From: a bacterium
GTDB taxonomy: Bacteria > Armatimonadota > Chthonomonadetes > Chthonomonadales > JAMCWF01
DNA: 64,000 nt
Assembly: GCA_021842405.1 (NCBI GenBank)
Contig: JAKBZR010000004.1
Coordinates: 3,666 to 67,665 of the forward strand
Reading direction: 5' to 3'
Shown: one piece after another, positions 56,288 through 64,000 of the stretch
Numbering within the stretch: position 1 is the stretch's first letter
How the letters are laid out: the number at the start of each line of letters is the position of its first letter
The notes under the pieces: generated by a model
Told to the model about the DNA's origin: nothing
Databases searched by the model: none
What the model saw: only the letters and a program-made list of their open reading frames with translations
Translations under genes and position numbers: made by a program

Positions 56288-56319
56288 CTCAATCGTCCCT
56301 TCATCTCAATCGTTTATGA

Positions 56320-56976
56320 TTAACGTTCCGAGCACGGCGCCCGCAAACGGGAAGCGAACCGACGATGCAAATCCTCAACTATTTTCTGGTGCAGATCCTC
56401 GATCGGTAAGCGGGTATCCAGCACCACGTACCGATCCGGCTCCTTTTCTGCGATCTTTAAAAAGCCGCTGCGCACCCTCTTATGAAATTCGCCATTTTCT
56501 TCCTCCATTCGGTTGAGGTGAAGCTGCCGCGCTAAGCCGATCTCTACCGGCACGTCCAACAAAAACGTGATATCGGGTACAAGGTCGCCGGTAGCGAAAT
56601 TACAGATGCTCAAGAGTTCGTGTATATCCAGTCCACGCCCATAACCTTGATAAGCGATGGTGGAATCCACAAAGCGATCCGATAAGACGATACAACCCTC
56701 TTCCAAGCAAGGTCGCAAGACCCTTTTCACGAGTTGAGCGCGAGCGGCATTAAAAAGGAGCGCCTCTCCTTCATCGGTTATATCTCCCCGTTTTGATTCG
56801 TGAAGCAGCAACTCACGGATTCTTTCAGCCAGCGCTTCGCCACCCGGCTCCCGTGTGGTTGCAACCTTCAGTCCAATCTCTTTGAGATATTGGGCCAACA
56901 GCTTAATTTGAGTTGTTTTGCCGGCGCCTTCCCCGCCTTCAAAGGTGATAAAAAGCCCGCTCGTGGTTTTATTCAT
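56320..56976 (-). CDS. tmk: thymidylate kinase
   Basis: P-loop [20 protein letters not shown], and a DRY-type motif ([13 protein letters not shown]). Confidence 0.9.
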   Translation of the reverse strand: MNKTTSGLFITFEGGEGAGKTTQIKLLAQYLKEIGLKVATTREPGGEALAERIRELLLHESKRGDITDEGEALLFNAARAQLVKRVLRPCLEEGCIVLSDRFVDSTIAYQGYGRGLDIHELLSICNFATGDLVPDITFLLDVPVEIGLARQLHLNRMEEENGEFHKRVRSGFLKIAEKEPDRYVVLDTRLPIEDLHQKIVEDLHRRFASRLRAPCSER

Positions 56977-58631
56977 TCGTGGCGATCGGCCTCACGCCAA
57001 ATTCGGACCCGGCGCATCGGCTCGACCCCGACGCTCTCCGAGACGAGACGATGCTGCTCCGCCAACTGGTGTTGGAGCCGACGGGTATAGCTGTTTTGCG
57101 GGGTCAGCTCGACCGGCTCATCGGTCTCCAATACGTGCTGTATCCCTTCAGATGCCTCCAGCAACGCCTCCTCCTGATCGTTTGCCTCCAGCGGACTGAT
57201 CTGAAAAATTTCTCGGACTGCGCCCGCGATTTGTGAGTAGGTATTGCTCTTGATGATATGGGTGGGCAAGTTGCGTCCGGCCGCTTGCCTCATCTTGGTT
57301 GGTTCCCGGCGAAAACTGGTTTTCAGTGCCAGCACAATGTCGGCGTCTCCAATCGCGCGGCTTATGTAGGCCGGCACCCGGTTCTCACGGATAGCCCGAT
57401 CCAAGCGGCTACGGCTCACTCCGTAAGGAAATATCCGGACGGTTCCGGTCGTGCTGGTGCGCGGCGGATCTGGAACCCGTGCCGGCTTGAAGACGGTACG
57501 AGAACGAGATCGAGTAATGGCCGATGGCCCCTCATCTTCGTCGAACAAGCTTCGCTCCGTCGCTGCCATTTCATTCGACCGCTGAACCACCTCGATCTCA
57601 CCGACCTCGTTACGAATCCGAATCTCCGGGCGGGCAGTGCCCCCGCGCAGCAGCCGGTCTATCGTGCTGCTCACGTCGTGATGGATAGCGAGTTTGTCCA
57701 CATCCATTATTTCGATCACCACATCAAAGGTCGGCGGCGCTTTGCGTTCAAGAACCGTCTTTTGGGTGCCCCGGCGCTTTGCTTCTTCATCCGATAGGGT
57801 CACGGTTTGAATCCCACCCACCAAATCACATAGGGTTGGGTTCATCAGCAGGTTTTCCAATGAGTTACCATGCGCGGTGCCGATCAACTGAACTCCGCGC
57901 TCAGCGATGGTTCGGGCGGCCAGAGCCTCCTGCTCGGTCCCGATCTCATCAATCACGATCACTTCCGGCATATGGTTTTCAACCGCCTCGATCATCACCG
58001 CATGCTGCAGCTCCGGCATTGCGACCTGCATTCGCCGCGCCCGCCCGATGCCGGGATGCGGAATGTCTCCATCGCCGGCTATTTCATTGGAGGTGTCCAC
58101 GATCACGACCCGTTTCTTAAAGTCATCGGAGAGAACACGGGCTATCTCCCGGAGCTTGGTGGTTTTACCACGGCCGGGACGTCCCAGCAACAGGATACTT
58201 TGGCCGCCCATCACCACATCCTGAATGATATCAATGGTGCCATACACGGCGCGGCCGATCCGGCATGTCAATCCCACGATCTTGCCCAGTCGGCTGCGAA
58301 TGGCGGAGATGCGGTGCAGCGTTCGCTCGATTCCAGCCCGGTTGTCCTTACCGAACGCCCCAACTCGATCCACCACATACGCGATGTCGGCTTCCCCTAT
58401 GGGGGCGCTATTCAATTCTTCAACTCGAATCGGAAAACGCGCTTCCGGTAAGCGGCCTAGGTCAAGCACGATTTCAAGCAGTTCCTCCAGACCTGGCAGC
58501 GCTAATAGATGGGTACGAACCGCTTCCGGTAAAACATCCAGCAGTTGATCCAAGTTATCGGTGATCCGCTGCTGTTTTGCGGTCAGCTTACCTGCTCCGG
58601 TAACGGCCGGAGCGAGATTGCGCTCTATCAA
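56973..58631 (-). CDS. Ycf45/SpoIIIAA-like AAA ATPase with C-terminal R3H-type nucleic-acid-binding region
   Basis: [47 protein letters not shown], and [13 protein letters not shown] start preceded by GAAGGAG. 4-nt overlap with tmk. Confidence 0.7.
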   Translation of the reverse strand: MIERNLAPAVTGAGKLTAKQQRITDNLDQLLDVLPEAVRTHLLALPGLEELLEIVLDLGRLPEARFPIRVEELNSAPIGEADIAYVVDRVGAFGKDNRAGIERTLHRISAIRSRLGKIVGLTCRIGRAVYGTIDIIQDVVMGGQSILLLGRPGRGKTTKLREIARVLSDDFKKRVVIVDTSNEIAGDGDIPHPGIGRARRMQVAMPELQHAVMIEAVENHMPEVIVIDEIGTEQEALAARTIAERGVQLIGTAHGNSLENLLMNPTLCDLVGGIQTVTLSDEEAKRRGTQKTVLERKAPPTFDVVIEIMDVDKLAIHHDVSSTIDRLLRGGTARPEIRIRNEVGEIEVVQRSNEMAATERSLFDEDEGPSAITRSRSRTVFKPARVPDPPRTSTTGTVRIFPYGVSRSRLDRAIRENRVPAYISRAIGDADIVLALKTSFRREPTKMRQAAGRNLPTHIIKSNTYSQIAGAVREIFQISPLEANDQEEALLEASEGIQHVLETDEPVELTPQNSYTRRLQHQLAEQHRLVSESVGVEPMRRVRIWREADRHE

Positions 58632-58794
58632 AGGATTCGGCTACTCCTTCGTCAAATGCCGATCATCGGTGGAGTCCAGTATCCCGCCTTCGACATTCAA
58701 CAATAGATTATCCACAATATACCGAATCGTCCCTTTTTTGGCAATATGGCAGCCGACTCGAATCGGCCGGCCAGACCCAATAACCACCCCAATT

Positions 58795-60885
58795 TTACAA
58801 GCCGATGAAGCGATACCAATCTACAGTAAGCCAATCACCGCCGTCGTTATCCACCGAAATTCGATGGTGGCCGGGTGAGATCGGGACGGAGTAGGTGGTG
58901 TTGATCTCCTCCGCATTGCCGTCATTTTTGCCATCCCGATCGGCAATTGGCACGATGAGGGCGGGCTTTCCATCCACCCGGATGATGAGCCTTGCACCCA
59001 GCGTCGCAACTGAATTGACATGTACTTCAAACCGCCCGGCTTTACGATAATTTGCAATGAAGGTGGGATTATTGCGGAGATCGGGATGGAGCTTCCCCTG
59101 GATAATGCCATTGAGTCCATAGAGGTTATCCTCATTTTGGGGCGAGACATGAAAGAGATTATGTTCCGGGCGCTGCCAGAGCAGGACGCAGGAGAGCGTT
59201 ACAACGGTTGGATAAGGAAGGCGGCGCCATACAGGCACATTAATCTGCACGACATCCCATGTAACGAGCGAGGGGATATTAATGGTCAGCGTGCCGCCGT
59301 TGCGATGGTTTTTCAAGGGATGAGAGGGGCTATAGCTCCATCTCGCGCTGATCGTTCTGCCGGTATCGGCGTTATGGATCGTGACCGATTTCGGCCGAAC
59401 CGCCAGTGCAACTTGCAATCGCTGATCGGTTTGCGGAACCGGGTTTAAGCCGTTGTAGTCCCGATTGATCAGATGGATGATCAGGCGTCGTTGCGCAGGC
59501 TGACCCTCAATGACTGTTTCCGCCGTTCCGGAGTAGCGAGATGCTGCTTGATCCTGCCATTCTACGTGGTGAAGCAGCGGTGCGATGGATAAAACAAACC
59601 GGGCCTGCTTTTGAATGGTGGCCAGCGTGCCGTTGGCGGCGGCGTCACAGCCGAAGGGTCCGTGAACCGGATAAGCGAAAAAGAGGCCGGCGGCGAAGAC
59701 TTCCGGCGCATAGGCGTTCAGCCAGGCAACCCGTTCGGCGGAGGTCAAGTTCATCCAGGGCATGCCGACGCCCCAATCATGAAAGGTCATGATCGGAACA
59801 TTGCGGCCGCCCATCAGCTTGCGGCTTTGGATAGTGGCAGCACGCCAATAGGGCAGATTGGATCCGGTACATAAGAAATGATTACCGGCATCAAAAGGCA
59901 TATTCCAGGGGCAGCCGATAATTTGGTAATCCACCCAGCGGTTTAAGCCGTTGGCTGCAATCCATACCCGGCGATGATGTGCCTTTGCATAGGCGCGGAT
60001 ATGAGTGACCCAGTAGTGCCAAACCTTGTTATTCCGATTTGCGGAATAGGAGTTGCCGATGATGGCGTTTGGCTCCCCCCATATCGGTGCGAGCGGATTG
60101 GCGCCTTGACTGGGATGGTCAGCCCATCCGTTTTTTGTCAAATAGGCGGCGTAATCAAAAGTGCTCATGGTGTGGTCGGGGCACTCGGCGGCATCATCAA
60201 AATCTATGTGAAATTGGGATGTCCAGCGCGGATCGGCGATTGACCAGTGCTGTCCCTGAACGTAGCGGCGGATAAGATAGGCTCGAAAGGCGGCTAAACC
60301 GTATGGATCAAAGCCTTCATGGGTGGAGTAGGCGCCGTTTACCTCATCCATGAAGAGGGTGTCCACGCCCGCGTCAATCTGCTGTTCCGCCCATTTCAGC
60401 ACATATCGGCGGTAGGCCGGATTTTCAAGCGAGCCGTGGTACCAACTGTTGGCCACCTTATAGAGGTGGCCGTATGGATCCCGCGTGGTCATATCCATAA
60501 ATTGAGCGGTGGTGATGCCGTTTTCGTGCGGGTAGAGGGCGGAGCAGGTCACCCCTCCACCAAACAGGGCGCCGTGCTGGTGCGCCAGCTTGACCATATA
60601 GCCGAGACCTTTCAGATCCGGTGCGTTAGCCCACTTGAACCATGCGCGAACCCAATCCTGTGAGGGAACTTCGGTGCTGAGCTGAAGCGCGGTTGGGTCA
60701 TTATCAAATTCGTTAATGGTAAAAAGGGTGATGTCATCCGGTTTGGCCGGCAGCGCCGACGCGCGGGCGATGATTGGGCTTATCGTGAAGATGAGAAGAA
60801 CGGCGAGCAGGTTAAGTAATCGGGCCAGATATTGGAAATTGCAAAGCTCCTTCGGTTTAAGCCAAGCGCTCCTGTTGGCGGACAT
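58795..60885 (-). CDS. secreted hypothetical protein, TIM-barrel glycoside-hydrolase-like N-terminal region plus beta-rich C-terminal domains
   Basis: 696-aa ORF with a hydrophobic leader. I cannot name a family with confidence. Confidence 0.5.
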   Translation of the reverse strand: MSANRSAWLKPKELCNFQYLARLLNLLAVLLIFTISPIIARASALPAKPDDITLFTINEFDNDPTALQLSTEVPSQDWVRAWFKWANAPDLKGLGYMVKLAHQHGALFGGGVTCSALYPHENGITTAQFMDMTTRDPYGHLYKVANSWYHGSLENPAYRRYVLKWAEQQIDAGVDTLFMDEVNGAYSTHEGFDPYGLAAFRAYLIRRYVQGQHWSIADPRWTSQFHIDFDDAAECPDHTMSTFDYAAYLTKNGWADHPSQGANPLAPIWGEPNAIIGNSYSANRNNKVWHYWVTHIRAYAKAHHRRVWIAANGLNRWVDYQIIGCPWNMPFDAGNHFLCTGSNLPYWRAATIQSRKLMGGRNVPIMTFHDWGVGMPWMNLTSAERVAWLNAYAPEVFAAGLFFAYPVHGPFGCDAAANGTLATIQKQARFVLSIAPLLHHVEWQDQAASRYSGTAETVIEGQPAQRRLIIHLINRDYNGLNPVPQTDQRLQVALAVRPKSVTIHNADTGRTISARWSYSPSHPLKNHRNGGTLTINIPSLVTWDVVQINVPVWRRLPYPTVVTLSCVLLWQRPEHNLFHVSPQNEDNLYGLNGIIQGKLHPDLRNNPTFIANYRKAGRFEVHVNSVATLGARLIIRVDGKPALIVPIADRDGKNDGNAEEINTTYSVPISPGHHRISVDNDGGDWLTVDWYRFIGL

Positions 60886-60994
60886 CCAGCGGTCTCCTTA
60901 TCAAGATCAAGTTGCTGGAGTAAGTTTCGCAAAGTAAGAGGGAATCTCCTGCCGCAATTCATCGCAGCGGAATGAGGATGCTATAATTCTAATT

Positions 60995-62935
60995 ATGCTA
61001 AACAATCTTGACGCGGATGTTATCGTAATCGGCGGCGGACATGCCGGCTGTGAAGCGGCGTATGCCTCCGCCCGGTTGGGCTGCCGGACGGTGTTGATCA
61101 CCATGGATCTGGACCGGATCGGCCATATGCCATGCAACTGCTCGATCGGTGGCCCGGCAAAAGGCCACCTGGCACGGGAAGTTGATGCGCTGGGCGGCCT
61201 GATGGGCATCGTGACCGATCACGCGCTGACCCACATTCGATTTGTGGGGACCGGGAAGGGCCCGGCGGTTCAAACATTGCGGGCGCACGCCGATAAATCG
61301 TTGTATCCGGTTGAAATGCGCCGCCGGCTGGAAATGACGGAAGGGCTTGAGCTGGTACGCGGGACGGTGGATCGTTTGCTGACCGAGGATAGCAACGGCA
61401 CTCGTTCCGGCGGGCGGGTGATCGGCGTCATCACCAGCGATGGCCAAGTCCGGCGAGCCGGCGCCGTTGTGATCACGACCGGCACCTTCTTAAACGGCCT
61501 GATGCACTGCGGCCATCAGAAGACGGTCGGCGGCCGGTATGGTGAGGCGGCGGCGGTCGGTCTGTCCGGTGAGCTGATGCGTTTAGGGATCAAGCTCGGC
61601 CGTTTTAAGACCGGAACCACGCCCCGAATTGACAAAGCGAGTTTGGATTTCAAGGAGGTGGAGGCGATTCCCTCCGACCTGGAATGCCCGCCGTTCTCAT
61701 TCTTACATGAGGGGATGTCCTTACCGCTCGGCTGGGAGCATCGGTCCGGTGAACGACCGATGCTGCTGTCGTGCTGGCAAACTCATACCAATGAAATAAC
61801 GCACCGGATCATTCGGCAAAACCTGCACCGATCCGCCATGTATGGGGGGCAGATATCGGGCATCGGGCCTCGCTATTGCCCCAGTATCGAGGATAAGATC
61901 GTGCGTTTTGCCGATAAAGCCTCGCACCCCGTTTTTCTGGAGCAAGAGGAGTGGGACAGCCCTTCTATATACGTACAAGGAATGTCCACCAGCCTGCCAG
62001 CCGATGTGCAGATTGAGTTTTTACGTACACTGCCGGGATTGGCGAGCGTTCGCATGATTCGGCCCGGCTATGCGGTGGAGTACGATATGGTTTACCCCGA
62101 TCAACTCGATCGCTCGCTCAAGGTGAGGGGAGTGGAGGGGCTTTATCTGGCCGGCCAGATCAACGGCACATCCGGCTACGAGGAGGCGGCGGCGCAGGGC
62201 TGGGTCGCCGGCGTCAATGCGGCGTGCTTCGTTTTAGGGCGTAAGTCGGTTATTTTAGATCGAGGGAGCGGTTACGCCGGAGTGATGATTGATGATCTGG
62301 TTACGAAGGGGGTGCAGGATCCCTATCGAATGCTGACCTCGCGTGCCGAGTACCGGCTGTTGCTGCGCCACGATAACGCCGACCTAAGGCTGACGCCGAT
62401 CGGCCGCCGGGTCGGAGTGGTAGACGATGAGCGTTGGGAGCGTTTCGAGGTGAAAAGATCGGCGATTGACGCGGAGCTGAAGCGCCTGGCCGGAATCGGC
62501 ATCACGCCTCGAGATAACGAGCGGTTGAAAGCGCTGGGCACCGAGTCGGTCAATACCAAGGTTTCTCTGCTGGAGATATTGCGCCGACCACAAATCAACT
62601 ACGATTGGATCGCTCAATTTTCACCAGCGCCAGTGCCGATATCTAAGGAAGTGGCTCGCCAGGTTGAGATACAGGTGAAATATGAGGGATATATTGCGCG
62701 ACAACAGGCGCAGGTAAGTCAGGCGAGCAAATTGGAAGGACTGGAGCTGCCCGTCAATTTGGACTACCACCGGATGAATGCGCTCTCGATGGAGGGGCGG
62801 GACAAGCTTTCGAAAGTCAGACCGGTGTCAATCGGGCAGGCTTCGCGGATACCAGGAGTGACACCGGCCGACATTCAAATTTTAATCGTAACAGTGGAGC
62901 AGAGGAAGTGGCCATTACAAGCCGCTCCCTCTTAG
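60995..62935 (+). CDS. mnmG: tRNA uridine 5-carboxymethylaminomethyl modification enzyme
   Basis: DVIVIGGGHAGCEAAYASARLG, CNCSIGGPAKGHLAREVDALGG, GPRYCPSIEDK, and QINGTSGYEEAAAQG. Confidence 0.95.
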   Translation: MLNNLDADVIVIGGGHAGCEAAYASARLGCRTVLITMDLDRIGHMPCNCSIGGPAKGHLAREVDALGGLMGIVTDHALTHIRFVGTGKGPAVQTLRAHADKSLYPVEMRRRLEMTEGLELVRGTVDRLLTEDSNGTRSGGRVIGVITSDGQVRRAGAVVITTGTFLNGLMHCGHQKTVGGRYGEAAAVGLSGELMRLGIKLGRFKTGTTPRIDKASLDFKEVEAIPSDLECPPFSFLHEGMSLPLGWEHRSGERPMLLSCWQTHTNEITHRIIRQNLHRSAMYGGQISGIGPRYCPSIEDKIVRFADKASHPVFLEQEEWDSPSIYVQGMSTSLPADVQIEFLRTLPGLASVRMIRPGYAVEYDMVYPDQLDRSLKVRGVEGLYLAGQINGTSGYEEAAAQGWVAGVNAACFVLGRKSVILDRGSGYAGVMIDDLVTKGVQDPYRMLTSRAEYRLLLRHDNADLRLTPIGRRVGVVDDERWERFEVKRSAIDAELKRLAGIGITPRDNERLKALGTESVNTKVSLLEILRRPQINYDWIAQFSPAPVPISKEVARQVEIQVKYEGYIARQQAQVSQASKLEGLELPVNLDYHRMNALSMEGRDKLSKVRPVSIGQASRIPGVTPADIQILIVTVEQRKWPLQAAPS

Positions 62936-62947
62936 CAATCCGAATGG

Positions 62948-63448
62948 TTAAAACTGAAAGCCGAAGGTCATACTCAATCCATTGAGATCATTGTTTGCGG
63001 TCGTCATCCCGATGTAACGCAGATCGAAAGTGATCGGATTAGGCGCCTCCTTGAGCACGACGCCGGCCAGCACATTGTATGCGACGCCGGATGTACTGGC
63101 TCCATCCACTTGGCGACCGAGACCGATTCCCATTCCTACTCCAAACCGAAAGCGTTTCGTTTGAGTGATAGCATTTAACATCATCGGGATATTGTAAACG
63201 CCGCTATCACCATAGTATTCGATGGATACGGTGCCTAAAATACGACCGGTCTGCATGAATGGGTGTTCGGCACCCACGTCAAACCAGAAATCACCGACCG
63301 CCCGGCGGGCACCGGAGTTTTGGGGAACGAAGGTTCCCACATGCAGAATCCAGTTCCGTTGGAGGTTGCTATAATGTTCCTGTCCAAGGGCGGCGATCGG
63401 CAGCGCGCTTAAAATTATCCCCACTGCCAGCAAACGAGCCAATTTCAC
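62948..63448 (-). CDS. small outer-membrane beta-barrel protein
   Basis: Signal peptide, alternating beta-strand pattern, and a C-terminal aromatic terminus (MTFGFQF). Confidence 0.6.
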   Translation of the reverse strand: MKLARLLAVGIILSALPIAALGQEHYSNLQRNWILHVGTFVPQNSGARRAVGDFWFDVGAEHPFMQTGRILGTVSIEYYGDSGVYNIPMMLNAITQTKRFRFGVGMGIGLGRQVDGASTSGVAYNVLAGVVLKEAPNPITFDLRYIGMTTANNDLNGLSMTFGFQF

Positions 63449-63521
63449 TGAAGTTGTCCTCCTTAGTGATGGGATAGCCGGCGCGCTCTCTCCTGAGTTA
63501 CGAACGCGCCCATTATGAAAG

Positions 63522-64000
63522 CTATTCGACGCTGGTTGCTAAAGTTCCTGCTTCCCGGCGACCAATTTGCAGAAGCGTTTGGATTTGCTCCTGAGCGCTG
63601 GGTCGGGCCAACCGGCCACTAAATCCCCAGAGGTGCCCCTCGGTAATTTGAACCCGAACCATTTTACCGATCAGTTGGGGCGGAGCCTCGAAGTTGACCG
63701 TTTTAAAGTTTCGAGTCAGACCGCTCAGCTTTGCTGGATCTTTTGGGCTTCTGCCCTCAACCAGCACCTCCAACATTTCGCCCACGTGGGCGCGGTTTGT
63801 AGCGGTTGTAATTTCATTCTGCAGCGCGATCAGCTCTGCCAGACGTCGCAGCTTGATCTCCTGCGGCACCTGATCGGATCGGCTCGCCGCGCGGGTGCCG
63901 GGCCGCGGGCTGTAGGCAAACATAAAGGCGGAATCGAAGCGGGCTTCGGACACAAAATCCATTGTGTTACGAAACTGCGGCTCCGTTTCGCCCGGGTAGC
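63522..64000 (-). CDS. miaB: tRNA methylthiotransferase MiaB-type, C-terminal part (5' end outside the window)
   Basis: FMFAYSPRPGTRAA...LRRLAELIALQNEI...VLVEGRS...GLTRNFKTVNF (TRAM domain). The frame stays open to the window edge. Confidence 0.8.
   Translation of the reverse strand, partial: YPGETEPQFRNTMDFVSEARFDSAFMFAYSPRPGTRAASRSDQVPQEIKLRRLAELIALQNEITTATNRAHVGEMLEVLVEGRSPKDPAKLSGLTRNFKTVNFEAPPQLIGKMVRVQITEGHLWGFSGRLARPSAQEQIQTLLQIGRREAGTLATSVE

Noticed and set aside
58708-58716. Perfect DnaA box TTATCCACA in the intergenic region upstream of the Ycf45-like gene, plus an 8/9 box at 58847..58855; mnmG nearby suggested an origin region
   Set aside because: One perfect 9-mer is about what chance allows in 128 kb of two-strand sequence. 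There is no cluster of boxes, no AT-rich unwinding element, and no dnaA or dnaN gene in the window.
1-64000. tRNA, rRNA and tmRNA genes
   Set aside because: I scanned by eye for T-loop (GGTTCRAATCC) and acceptor-like contexts and for the tmRNA tag region. The only GGTTCGA/GGTTCAA hits lie inside coding sequence without cloverleaf pairing. A tRNAscan-SE or Infernal run would be needed to be definitive.

Overview
About 64 kb of GC-rich bacterial chromosome (GC judged by eye only). I support about 50 protein-coding genes, two housekeeping ncRNAs and two families of short non-autonomous repeats. I found no tRNA, rRNA, CRISPR array, transposase or integrase.

Core genes:
- Replication and nucleotide: ffs(SRP RNA)-dnaX-ybaB; tmk-darA-holB next to a Ycf45/SpoIIIAA-like ATPase.
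- tRNA and translation: tyrS, trmFO, rnpB, mnmG, a partial miaB.
- Metabolism: trpB-trpA-deoC, a formimidoyltransferase, an inositol monophosphatase.
- Carbohydrate: CUT2 sugar ABC ATPase and permease, a GH51 arabinofuranosidase, an FGGY kinase, a Gfo/Idh/MocA oxidoreductase, several putative glycoside-hydrolase-like secreted proteins.
- Envelope and signalling: three paralogous PQQ-like beta-propeller proteins, CsgG-like, SpoIID-like, an OMP beta-barrel, a DUF1559 prepilin-like protein, a GGDEF protein and an HD-GYP response regulator.

The Firmicute-like synteny combined with DUF1559/H-X9-DG and outer-membrane proteins suggests a diderm Terrabacteria lineage such as Armatimonadota. That is inference only.

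The most unusual signal is non-coding. A modular MITE-like repeat family with about 30-bp terminal inverted repeats (core AGTTCAGTTTTGYGGGAAT) and GC-rich hairpin/G-tract modules occurs about 10 times. All copies are intergenic except one.
- One locus (13290..14006) is a MITE-inside-MITE nest with two intact 8-bp target-site duplications.
- Another copy replaces the 3' half of the HEPN gene of an MNT-HEPN toxin-antitoxin pair.

A second hairpin repeat family, near-identical intragenic tandem repeats in two propeller genes, and an AT-richer islet carrying an orphan Dam-like methylase are also present. I did not find a convincing novel multi-gene protein system. The repeat system is my best candidate.
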